Assembly: GCA_964035545.1 (NCBI GenBank)
Contig: OZ037767.1
Location: 19,732,628 to 19,796,627, forward strand
DNA from: Bugula neritina
Taxonomy: Eukaryota; Animalia; Bryozoa
Length of the DNA: 64,000 nt
Direction: 5' to 3'
Made by a program: the position numbers and the translations under genes
Shown: piece by piece, positions 25,709-38,588 of the stretch
Layout of the letters: each line of letters starts with the position of its first letter
How positions within the stretch are numbered: position 1 is the first letter of the stretch
Notes under the pieces: generated by a model
The model's input: the letters and a program-made list of their open reading frames with translations, nothing else
What the model was told of the DNA's origin: nothing
The model's database searches: none

Positions 25709-28700
25709 TTATGGAACAACTTTGGTATTGAGTTGTGCTCCTCCATCCAGCTGAAGAATAACTCCTGTGGTGAAACTTGACTCGCTACTAGCCAGAAAGG
25801 CTATAGACTTAGCTACTTCCTCTGGTTGTCCTACTTTACGGAGTGGGTATATAGCAGCAGCACTCTCTAGAAACTAAAAAGTACATAATAGTCAGAAGAT
25901 GTCTAAACAGCATTAGCCTACTTCACTTGCTTAAAGAATCCCTGACACACTTCACTTATGCAGTACTAAAATATTCCTATATATGTTAGTTTTCATTTGC
26001 ATACTGTTTTAAAGTTGGATGCCTACACAATTTTGTTTTATAATGAATTTTGTGCAGGTATGTACTGAAATGATTTGGGATTTCTGATGGCATGGAAATA
26101 AAACTTTCGGTAGGCTTTGACTTTACGCTACTATAGAACTTATACTAATTATATAGCTAACTTTCATTGCATGCTATTGTTAGCTGCTGCACTGCATAGC
26201 ATAATCATTGAGATGGCTTGAAAGTTCGAAGTTTAAACTTTCAAGGCCATTTTAGTGAGAGTAAAGTAAGGTGTGTCAAGGAGTCTTTAAGAGAGCGGTG
26301 TTAACCTATATAGTGGTTAGAGCGCAAGTCTATAATAGTGTGACACAAATCATGATGGATTTCACAAAGTGCGTTTATTTATAATTGATTCTACTTCAGT
26401 AAATGCTCTCAAACCATGTTGCCTGCGTGGTAAGAGTATAAGTACATTATCCTCTGCTTAAAAACTATTTTGGTCATTGGTTTTCATATATGAATGCCGA
26501 GACAGTAGTTAAATGTTAGCCCTTATGGTATCGTGTTTTTATTATTAGTAATTTTCAACGTATGTCTTAGAGGAAGAAAATTGATTTTTATAAATCATTG
26601 GTTCTCATATGAACGGAGGCTGTAAGGGGCTCTCGAATTAGCTACGCGTAGGGGTAACTGTAGGCTTTTTTGTTCACATATTAAGACTTATCTTTCATAA
26701 GCTCTATTAAAACTTTCCTGACTATAAAGCCACTAACTGAAACTAAATATATTTCAAGAATAAAACTTGGAGTTATGTCCAATGTATAATTGAAAAGGTG
26801 TCCACACTATATGCAGGCAGATGATGACTTGCAGAAAAGCAGTATGCAAGACTGTACGCAGAACAATATTATAGGTCAATGCAGTTGTCACTTACAGGAG
26901 TTATGGCCTCTTTGGGCATCACACTGGAAAATACTTCTGTTTCAATGATCCCAAGGCTGAAATAATAATATATTGTAAACCGTTTAAAACTATAATATTT
27001 TACTATTATTGATGGCCTATGTGATAATGTTAAATAATAATGTTATAATGTGAACTATTTGTTACTAAAAAAGAAGTTGCCCTATAGAAAATTTAATGTA
27101 TAATTAAAAAAAACTACAACTTGCAGAGAACATGAATTGAAAAATAAATTTGTACTTCTACATCCCATTGCAAGACAATACTGGTATTAGGTTTTAGTTG
27201 TTAGTTAGAAATATTATTTATTATTACAGTGCCATTTTTTACATGGCATGTATTATTTTGGCATATATGTATGGGAGATAAAGAATATATGTAATATGAA
27301 GATATATTTCAAAATGGTATTACTTACTTTTGTTATTTGGTTTCTTCTTCAACTATATTTTTATTCTGTGTCAAAACAAGCAAAACTTAGCAACAACCAA
27401 CTTTCAAAATATGATAGGTATTCACTGTACGTAAACTAACCTGACACTGTTGACCCTCACTTGTTTAGGAGCAAGATCTAAGGCTAAACTCTTTGTGAAT
27501 AAGTCTAAGGCTGCTTTTGACATTCCATAGGCCATTCCAGCAGACCTCTATAAAGATACCATAAATGTTTAAAGATGAAAATACCAAACTTACAAAATTT
27601 TCTAGTAAAATGGAAACCATTTGGTCAGAAATGTTGGGCATATCTTTCTATCTTTCAAATACCACATTGATTATATAACTTACTGCTATGGCACCCAGTA
27701 TGCTAGACACATTAACAATGGATCCTTTACTCTCAATCAGATGTGGAACAGCCAGTTGTGTCAGTTGATATACAGCTCTGATGTTGGTAGACATTATCAA
27801 GTCAAATTGTTCCAGAGTCTCTTCTAGGAAACTGTCAAATCTAGCAGCAGCAGCATTGTTGACCTTTTCAAAGCATTTAAATGTAGAATATTGAATGACA
27901 AATCAAATAATATTATGTCTCTTCGTTCATTGTGGTGCCGATTATTAACAGCACCATTCATGCATGCAATATAGTCATTCAAATTTTACAGTTTTGTCAT
28001 AACTAGTATACCTATATTAGTAAGTTATGACAGACATGCATATAAATTGTACAGTTATGAAACAAAAAAATAAACATGCAACTAGTCATGATGTTTCCAA
28101 AGTCCTCAATAACTGTCTACGTAACTATAGCGTTTAGTTTTGGCTATTCCACATTTAGATCAGTTTAATACAAACATATAAACATACTTGACCTCTCTGC
28201 ATACAGTAGTTACAATTATCTACTAAAGTTTTCAATTTTGTTGTGAAACAAGTAGAAGACTGAGATTCTTACCAGCACATCCAGCTGTTTGTAGTGTTCT
28301 ATTGTCTTCTCAATAATTCTCACTACATCAGATTCAATGGTAAGATCTCCTACTATAGTGATGATATCACCAGCTCCTTTACACTGACTCACAGTCTCCT
28401 AATAAAGAATTGAAACTGTAAGAATTGAAAATTTATTTGATCATTTTGATAGCAGTTAGGCTATATATAACTTACCTGAAGATTGACTTCATTTCTACCA
28501 CAGAGAGCCAGTCTAGATCCAAGAGATGCAAAGTGGATGGCAGTGGCTCTTCCAATACCAGAACTGGCTCCTGTAAATAAATTAGTTAAGAGTTTAATTT
28601 CAAACATGTAACTTTATATAGTTCAGGACTTCAGGTATGCTTGAATTAGTACCACAACTGTTTAAATTTGCACATTTTTGAAACTACAGAATCTCATATA

Positions 28701-30928
28701 AGTGTAGGGCCACACGACTCGTTATACACAAGCGTGACATGCGAGAAATCCATGCTAGTGACCTGCCACACACAGTGCGTGTGTTGCAAGTGCAAAATTT
28801 TTTTAGCCAATGATGTTAGCGTTAAACTTTACTGCTCGCCTGCAGACGTTTGTTTTTAAATTAAACTATGCCATCGGCAAAGTGATTTGGATATTATAAA
28901 AGAGGAAATGCAAACTATATAACACTGTTTTAATTCAGCTTGCTAGAAGTTAGATCATAAATTAAAATAAAAAATGTGCTTGCTAAATATTACATGGTAA
29001 TAAGCCAATTAGATCAAACTGTGTTGCACGAGTGTGTCACACTTCTCGCTCAGCATGTTAGACGCTTGAAAATCTGCACTCAACGTCCAATTTTTGGGCT
29101 AAATGAGATTTCTCGCATGTCGCGCTCATGTAAAACGCATCGTGTGGCCCTAAACTTACAAAAAAATAAGAGCTGATTATCAAATGCAGTGTTTTGCAGC
29201 CTTGTTCAGTTTCATTTCTTATTTTAAATCAAAGTTCAACTTACTCAACTAAGTATTCTACCATAGGGGTAACTGGGGGTGGGGGGGGAGGGGGCACAAC
29301 GGGCTGTATTTTGAATTTTTTGCTCTCATTCATCTGTTTTTTAATTACTAATTCAATAATCCCTTGTCTAAATGCTACACCTGTTGTCTATTATAGGTAT
29401 CAGTTGGTTGTTTCCATCTCTTGCACAACTTTCAGAATAATGAAATTTTCATGACAAAAAACTGACCTATTGTGTCCCTGTACCGGGGTACAATAGGCCA
29501 CTGGGTGGGACGCAACAAATATATTGAAACTTTGCTGCTTTGGTTGCATCTCATTTTAATTTAATTAATATACACAAACAAATAAAACTACTCTTTCAAA
29601 TCTACAGCAAAATTCATGTTTTAGCTGTACAGTTTGTGCCACCACAAATAACAGGGGAAGGCAAAACCAAACGCACATCACTCATTTCTACGGTGCCATT
29701 ATCATTACTGTTTAGAACTAAAAGATGTTGTTTTCCTATTTTTACTTCACAGGAACTTTTATCAGAAAAACCTTTAGTAACATGTACTTCGAAATTCCGA
29801 GCGGACTTTTTTCTATGAACTCTAGCTAATTGGTGCATGGCTTCAGTCTGTGGCTGGAGTACGGAAGGAAGAGGGGGAGAGGGGGAGAGGAAATGAGCAA
29901 ATTGCAATTTATTTTAGTCAAATACATGTATAGTCCCTCAATGATATAATGTATAATGAATATCATGATTATCCACTAGTAGCAACAGCAGAGTGTTTTG
30001 TATTATGTATAAATTGGCAAAGTTATAACCTCATCAGATGTATATATTAGGGGATTTTCTCCTCGTATTTTGGTATTCTTACCATGATGTCTTTGATATT
30101 CTACTAAAATGTCAAAAATGGCTATATCTATAGATTTTAGTAACATTTAATCTAACTTTTTGGGCAAACAAACTAATAACAATGATCGATCAGGGTGCAA
30201 TGATCAGGTGGCCCATTGTGCCCCGATCAGCGTGGCCCATTGTGCCCCGATCAGCGTGGCCCATTGTGCCCCGTGTGGCCAAGTTGAAAATAAATGTGGC
30301 TCAAGGAAAAATTATTTTAAAGTTTAATATTATACTAGTTTAGCAATGTAGGGACAAGCAATGGCAACAATATCAGTAAAATCTAGGCTTGTTGCCTTTG
30401 AGTTTAAAAAGTTATATAGCTTTAACGACATCTTAAAAAACTTGCAAAAAGTAGGCAAAAACAGTTTTTTACTCGCCTTTTCAACATGTATGCTCCGCAA
30501 GTGTTGAAACTACAATGGCTGAGTAATTGCGTCAATACCTTTTTATCAAAAAAATTCACAACTTTAATTCAATAAGGTCTCTCACAATGGGACTGGCTTT
30601 TTGTACCCCTTTATCCCCATATTGAAATTTTTCTTTTAAATGTAAAATACTGAATTTACTAAAAATTTCCAGAAATTGTTAGGTTTGTTTAAATATTATA
30701 TAAATACTGCAAGTCATATTAGCATAGTGTTATACTTCAAATTATTTAAAATATTAGCTGTATGGTTTGATATAATATCTTAGTTGAGCTTTAATCTGAC
30801 TTGACCTATATAGCCCTAGCATCATTTGACTTGACTAACTTAGCCCTAGTATAGCACTGCTAGTAGCTAGTGTATTGCAGGTAAAACCTACCTGTAATCA
30901 AAACAACTTTAGTTTCAAATGATGCCAT
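25709..30928 (-). CDS. Classical SDR copy C (256 aa); exons 30928-30892, 28570-28476, 28398-28273, 27863-27684, 27547-27441, 26956-26896, 25873-25709
   Basis: Same exon structure, open frame; TGASSGIG, LALCGRN, VNNAA (G to A), YGMSK, VRVNSVSLG (P to L). Confidence 0.9.
28707..29150. mobile_element. MITE, probably Harbinger-type, in SDR-C intron 1
   Basis: ~45-bp imperfect TIR GGGCCACACGA..CGTT.TACA..AGCG.GACATGCGAGAAATC; shares GGCCACACGA with the MITE at 12122; flanks GTA/TAA. Confidence 0.75.
29266..30619 (-). mobile_element. Internally deleted pogo/Tc1-mariner-like element in SDR-C intron 1
   Basis: GGGG..GGGG(C/T)ACAA-type ends flanked by TA; three tandem GTGGCCCATTGTGCCCCG motifs (30208-30273) and an inverted pair of the motif at 29465-29499; short relic frame RVHRKKSARN...DVRLVLPSPVICGGT resembling pogo-like transposase termini. 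Confidence 0.5.
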
Positions 30929-31802
30929 TGTGTGAATCTTCATGAAGTTGTTATAGCTAAAACTTCTTATGTGGCTTCCACTTGTCTAATGAATTACCAA
31001 CTGCTGTAATAGCAATATACGTCTGCTACTGTACCATAAATTTGAAGGTTGAGGCACATGTCACTAATACTTGATAAATGATTTTTTTTCTAAGTAATAA
31101 TAGCAGGTGCGGACTAACTCTATGTGACCCCTAGGTTAGCAAGAATTAGTTTCAAATGTCACTGTAAGACTCTATTAAGTCCCTAAAAGCTGCTAAACTG
31201 TTGATTAGTGTTATAGCCTGATATTTCAACAGTATAAATGCTCCAGTGGTTTCAATCTACTAGTTGTATTAGTGTTTATAACAGGGGAGCTGAAACTAAA
31301 TAGTTTATTCTAGAAATTTATAGAGCTCCTATATTCATTTGCCACAAAACAAAGCTATCTTTAATATGAAATCTGAAAGCTATATCAAATAAAAATTCCT
31401 ATATAGAAATGAAACTGAAATTGTAGGTGAAGGAGTGTCAATATAATGACGAATAGCATTCCAAAGGTTACATTTCAACATCTATAAATAAAATGGCATT
31501 AGAAGATCAGGTTACTACAAGCAAAGACATATAAATCTTCAAACTATTTGTTGAAGCAGATCTAGTTTATAGAAGTTTATATTGCAATACTAGTATAAAA
31601 GTTAAAAAACATATGCATGAAAATCATAATAATATGTGATTATGATTTAAGAGAAAAATAGAAGTAAATCTTCGAAAAATAATTAACGAGGTTTAGTCAA
31701 AACAGGGTACTAAAAATACAATGTAAAATTCTTGCAACATTTATGTTGCCAACAATGAACTGGTTCGATCTTTATCTGTGCATGTGTAGTAGGAAGAAAT
31801 AT

Positions 31803-32307
31803 TGTGATATATTTTGGAGTTATCTTTCTGTTATATATACATATGCATGAATCCTTTTATTTTGCAAGTTATCTTTCTTTTATGCATACTAATTTGAGAG
31901 TTCTCTTTCTTTTTGTCATGTGAATCCAAATTCGGCTGAACTCATACAATTTCGAAGTTCAGGGTATCCAATTCCGGAGACTTTGGCATCCAAACTGAGT
32001 TCCTGTGTCCAATTCTAAAGCAGACGTCTGATCCGGACGATTGCTTGATTGAATCGCTCTGAATTTGGATGGCAAATTTTAAAATTCGAACAGCATCCAA
32101 ATTCTAGAGTATAAAAGGGCGAGCTCGCCAGCACAGATTTAGTCCACTGCTGGAGCTCAGAGGGAACACTACCTACATACAGACTATTATACATTTCTTG
32201 GAAGCTTATCAATAAAGACAACTTGAGTCTGGAATTGCTTTCTCTCTTCTCTCAACAAAGAATTATATTCTCTAGTTGAGTTCTTGCATAACTCACAAAT
32301 TATCACA
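31803..32307 (+). mobile_element. Solo LTR (505 bp)
   Basis: TGTGATA...TATCACA inverted termini, ATAT TSD (31799-31802, 32308-32311), internal TATAAAA (32111) and AATAAA (32211). Confidence 0.85.
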
Positions 32308-32480
32308 ATATCACTATATAGTGGAACTTTATAACAAATGTTAAGAATAACTCTGACAATACACCACTAGATATCACTATATACCACTATAATATACAAC
32401 GCTATATTACTATATCTGTTTACAGACTATTATATACCTCTATATTATATATGACTATGTATGACTTCATACAGCTTTAG

Positions 32481-34088
<1,608 letters not shown>

Positions 34089-34097
34089 CCTATATAA

Positions 34098-35121
34098 GTG
34101 AGGGTGAACAGTGTGAGGTTAGTTTACATGCAGTGGATACTGTGGGTTTATAAGTTCATCACTTGTTTTGCCACAGAATAAAACCATACAGTAAAGGTAT
34201 AGAGACAAGTTACTTCTTATTAAAAGTAACACTCTATAAGGTAATTTCCTTTATAATTATGAATAGTCACAGTTTATATCATATAGTTTTTATGGTTAAA
34301 TGTTGTATCATACTATATTAAGATATGATTTGTGGCTAATTGTAATCAAATTGTGATTATACACATCAACCATTATTATTAAAAAATGTAAATTGAGGCT
34401 TATAACATTTTATATTTCAACCCTGGAATTATTGAAACAAAGTCTTATCTAGTGCAATGCCTAAAGAGGTCATAACTCCTGTAAGTGTCAACTATTGACT
34501 TATAATATTGTTCTTCATATACATATTGTTGTTCAGTGAGTCATCATCTTTTTTTTACATTGTGCTGACAACTCTCGTAATACTCATAGCTTTATAAAAA
34601 AAAATTAGTCTCATTCTCACACTTGACAATACTATAGTCTGAAAAATAAGGTCAAGTTGTCAATGCCAAAGTTAAAGAAATATTGTAGAGTTGAAAAGTT
34701 GTGCTTATTTTGTAAAAACATCCAGTTTAAACACTTGTTAGAAAATTTTATTAATGCTATAAACATATAACGTGTTTGCTGCACCACACCGTTTAGAGGG
34801 AACCATTTGTGCTAACATTTTTAGCTAGCAAAGTCATAAAGTATGCAGTTGTATTTATAAATCAAATATCACATACGCAGCTGGATGTAATAAATATGTG
34901 CATGCAAGTGATTATTTGGTTGCTTAGATATTTGCTGATTATTATGTGTCTTTTAGTTTCTAGAGAGGGCTGCTGCTATATACCCACTCCGTAAAGTGGG
35001 ACAACCAGAGGAAGTAGCTAAGGCTATAGCCTTCCTAGCTAGTAGCGACTCAAGTTTTACCACAGGAGTCATTCTTCAGCTAGATGGAGGAGCTCAACTA
35101 AATACCAAAGTTGTTCTATAA
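34098..35121 (+). pseudogene. 5'-truncated inverted duplicate of SDR-C (end of exon 5, exon 6 at 34421-34480, exon 7 at 34957-35121)
   Basis: Exon 7 near-identical to C (FLE(R/S)AAAIYPLRKVGQPEEVAK..QLDGGAQLNTKVV); intron flanks also match C; exon 6 acceptor CAG changed to CAA and a 1-nt deletion; homology starts at the (TA)n tract. Confidence 0.88.
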
Positions 35122-35472
35122 AACAGCCAAAAGTGAAAGTAATAAATCTGAGACACATTTTCATTTTAATGGCTGAGTTTTATTCTAAATGAGCTCAAAA
35201 AATTTGTAAATTTGTTAAGGTTTTCTGCAACTTAACCATTGACTTTTTATAGCACTAGAAACCTGAAATTTTACAAAGTTTACTTAGCATGAATTTAGTA
35301 TGTGCATAAATTAAAAATACTAAATTTATTGTTGTTGGGAGAAAAATTCACGTATTAATTGTGCAATGTTATCACAAAGTAATGATTCTTCTTTTGAACA
35401 TTTGTGTCTGATTCTATTTATTGACTTCTGTATTAAGCTATACTTGTGCAGTTAAACTAATCCTAATTGATG

Positions 35473-35600
35473 TATATATATATATATATAAATATATATA
35501 AATATATATATATATATATACCTCAATCTGTGGACAGCAGCTGTTTCGGGGTTTGTCCCCTCATCAGCACAGAACAGAGTATACCATGGCCCACACCTTA

Positions 35601-35690
<90 letters not shown>
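35473..35690. repeat. Two (TA)n tracts enclosing an ~80-bp unique insert
   Basis: Direct reading. Confidence 0.95.
35527..35573 (-). ncRNA. Minimal type I hammerhead ribozyme
   Basis: Minus strand TCTGTG CTGATGA GGGG-ACAAA-CCCC GAAA CAG-CTG-CTG TC CACAGA: complete core (CUGAUGA, GAAA, GUC), 6-bp stem I, 4-bp stem II, short stem III. Confidence 0.88.
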
Positions 35691-35693
<3 letters not shown>

Positions 35694-36804
35694 AGCAAAA
35701 CATGCTGCTTATAAACTTACATTAGATACGATACACATTTGTAACTATTGAAATCAGAGAGCAGAGACTATACTAATATTTCCAAGTTATCAGAGAAGGG
35801 CTAAAGGTTTGTCTGCTATTAATTTTCTACCATTTATTTTCTTAATGCTGTAATATCGATACATTTATTCTATATTATATGACACGGTTTATAGTTGACT
35901 TTATTTTCAGCAGATTATTTTGCAGTAATATTTTGTCTACTTTTGTAATAATTCCTATATACGTGAGTTATTTCCTTATAATACATATTTTCTTGCAATG
36001 TACTTTCTTTAGCTTTATATTGTGTGTATTTTTATTTAGATTTCACGATGTAGCTTTGTGAGCAAAAGTGTTAAATGTTTGAATAAAATACTAACAACTA
36101 CAACACTCACAATACATCAGTTGAATTCCTAAACCCATTCTGATAAGCTTGCGGTTGCTATAGCAGACCAAACAATACTGCTACAAATTATACATCATGT
36201 TTTTTATCAAACTATCCATATAAGGTACAAGGTAAATAAAATAATTGAAAGCATTACTTAAATCAGACTGAATGATTATTGCTAAAATTTAAATACAATA
36301 TAAAATACACGGTACCATAAGTATAGAGCTATCATCAACTAAATGGAACCCTGCATTAGTATTGACAACTAGACAAGGCAAGTCATTTCTTTAGTGAGCC
36401 CCAGATAATGCATACAGCAGGCTTCAGTTCAAGATAGAATATCATTTACCACATGATTGCATGCCTGTCTGATGACAGTTACATCTCAGTGCAGAAGTAC
36501 CCAGTCAGTTTACTAGATTAGTTACTGACTAGTACTGTAGTCTCACAATCACTCAAATTGATTCTTTGGTAATCATGGCATCACTTAGAGGAAAGGTTAC
36601 TATAATAACAGGTATGACTATTTAGTTCTATCATCAACACTTTACAGTTTCACAACTCTGAAAGAAGTAATTTCCAGTTGATTATGTATTACTTTTGTGA
36701 GTACAATTATTATAGGTTAATCTCAATTATATAATTTGCAAAATAATGAGGGTATCAAGCCAAAAGTTTGTAAAGGGTGGATGTAGTGTTGAAATTACCA
36801 AGTA

Positions 36805-36965
36805 GCTCCTGTGGTGCAACGGTTAGCGGGCCAGCTCGCAAGCCAAAGGTCTTGGGGCCGAATCCCAATGGAGCAAAAGTTTTACCTTCTGGTGTAAAGA
36901 TTAGCGAGCCTGCTTGCAGCCTGGCGATAAAAGTTTTATAGGGAAGGAATAAAAAAGGCAAGAAT
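36805..36965 (+). mobile_element. tRNA-derived SINE in SDR-D intron 1
   Basis: GCTCCTG TGGTGCAACGG (A box) ... GAATCCC (B box) ... GGAGCA head with broken stems, A-rich tail; paralogous copy at 51525. Confidence 0.6.
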
Positions 36966-37383
36966 TTTGAGATTTACTCATAACAACATGGCATACCTGT
37001 TATTAATGAAAAGTGACTGTTAAAACTGTGTTCTACAAAATATAGAGGATTCAATATAGAGCTTTGTTAAGAGAATAAATTTAGTAAAACTGCAGCAGAT
37101 AGTGGATGTCGAATGAGTTAGTGTAGCCGTCCATCTATCTGTATGTAAAAGTATAAAATAATAGCTAAAGTTGGGCATGATACATGTAATAACTGCAACA
37201 CATATTTCCCTCAGTAATTGAATGACTGCATTATGGTAATTTTTCCAGGTATGTAAATTCATCTCATTCAAATCATTGTGATCCAATGCGTTTCAGTCAA
37301 ACACTCAATTTTGCCACTCGTCAACTTTATGCTGCCATATGTTATTCTAAAACATCATGTGAGCTGCTTGTATGACTGAATAT

Positions 37384-37688
37384 TGTGGTGGCTCGTGGAG
37401 CTACCAGCAACACAATACGCAAGGTTGCGTATTGACCCGGAACAATGTATTAGCCAATTAGCTAGGCTGTTTTATAAGTAATAGTAGCCGCTTCGCGCTA
37501 CTAGTTCAGTTGAGGATAGTGCTGTAAACTAAATAGACGTGTGTATCATTACTGTTGTACCTTGGATTTTTATTATGTATTCTTGTATTAAATATAACGA
37601 TATCTACTCGACTTAACTGGTGAAGTTTCTCTAGTGTTAAATAGACTCTCTTGGTGGCACATCAACCCTAAATCTGAAAACTATAACA
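37384..37688 (+). repeat. 5' LTR
   Basis: TGTGGTGG...CTATAACA, direct repeat of 44526-44830. Confidence 0.98.
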
Positions 37689-37689
37689 G

Positions 37690-37707
37690 TGGTGGCAGCG
37701 GTGGGAT
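37690..37707 (+). promoter_or_regulatory. Primer-binding site complementary to tRNA-Leu 3' end
   Basis: TGGTGGCAGCGGTGGGAT is the reverse complement of ATCCCACCGCTGCCACCA, the 3' end of metazoan tRNA-Leu(AAG/TAG type). Confidence 0.9.
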
Positions 37708-37721
37708 AGTGTATATCAAAG

Positions 37722-38588
37722 ATGGAGACTGAGAACGCTAGAATGCAACCACCCCCAATAGAAGGTGAGCGTAGAAATGCTGTTAATCCTGTGAATCATG
37801 AAGGAGAACAAGCTTATAGACATTGCTTGAAAGCTCCCACCTTTACTGGGTCGGAAGATGTCGAACAATTTATACAAGAATTTAGAGAGGTAATGGAAGT
37901 TGCTCAATGGCCGCATAGAGTGGCCCTCATTCAATTGCGGAGAGCGGTGACGGAGCAAGCCAAGCCGTACGGAGTGGGAACGGACGTAGACGGCATACTG
38001 GCTGCGCTGCGGGCCCGTTTTGGCACCTCCGTCATAGACGCTAGGACCAAGCTGGAGAGATTGTGCCGCACCCCGCGGACCTCGCTGCAAGAACATGCCG
38101 CGACGGTGAAGAAGCTGGCGCAGATTGCATATAGCGATCTGCCAGCACAACACCAAGAGCGTTACACTTATGACGCCTTTGTCCAGTCCCTAAACGACCT
38201 GGGCCTAGACCATCACCTACGAGCTAAAGGGATAACCAGAATAGAGGATGCCCTGAAGGCTGGAGAAGCTTACCTGTTGGCTACCCAAATGCATCGAGCA
38301 CAACGGAACCCACCAGTAGTTGGAGTCAGCGCTGCTCGGGCTACGACAGGCTCCGAAGCCCTCCCGCTGGAAGCCGAAGTGGACCGTATGGTAGAGATGC
38401 TGGGACAATTGGTGACCATTCTGGCCGGTGCTGGCCCCGGTCAGGCCTTGCGGATACCCCCAACACCTGTGGGGCAAGGCTGGAGTAGCGCTGATCAGGA
38501 CCAGGGACAGAAAGGACGACCCCAATACCAGGGGGCGTTAAACTGTCACGGCCCGCGGACACTCTCCCTCCCCGCGGGCCGCAACTAA
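37722..38588 (+). CDS. gag: Gag (288 aa)
   Basis: First ORF after PBS; LKAPTFTGSEDVEQFI..W..L..RFG capsid-like pattern; no canonical CCHC knuckle visible. Confidence 0.9.
   Translation: METENARMQPPPIEGERRNAVNPVNHEGEQAYRHCLKAPTFTGSEDVEQFIQEFREVMEVAQWPHRVALIQLRRAVTEQAKPYGVGTDVDGILAALRARFGTSVIDARTKLERLCRTPRTSLQEHAATVKKLAQIAYSDLPAQHQERYTYDAFVQSLNDLGLDHHLRAKGITRIEDALKAGEAYLLATQMHRAQRNPPVVGVSAARATTGSEALPLEAEVDRMVEMLGQLVTILAGAGPGQALRIPPTPVGQGWSSADQDQGQKGRPQYQGALNCHGPRTLSLPAGRN
38537..38581 (+). promoter_or_regulatory. Putative -1 ribosomal frameshift signal (G_TTA_AAC plus 10-bp GC stem-loop)
   Basis: Heptamer 38537-38543 is in gag phase; 5-nt spacer; stem 38549-38558/38572-38581; pol frame is -1 and open from 38495. 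Confidence 0.8.

Noticed and set aside
15560-26370. Faint SINE-like relics (about 15560-15720, 21355-21440, 26305-26370) and a tiny hAT-like relic at ~13808-13870
   Set aside because: Too degenerate to place boundaries or TSDs by eye
36805-36875. Functional tRNA gene (also 51525-51595)
   Set aside because: Anticodon and T stems do not pair properly, followed by a SINE-like body and A-rich tail
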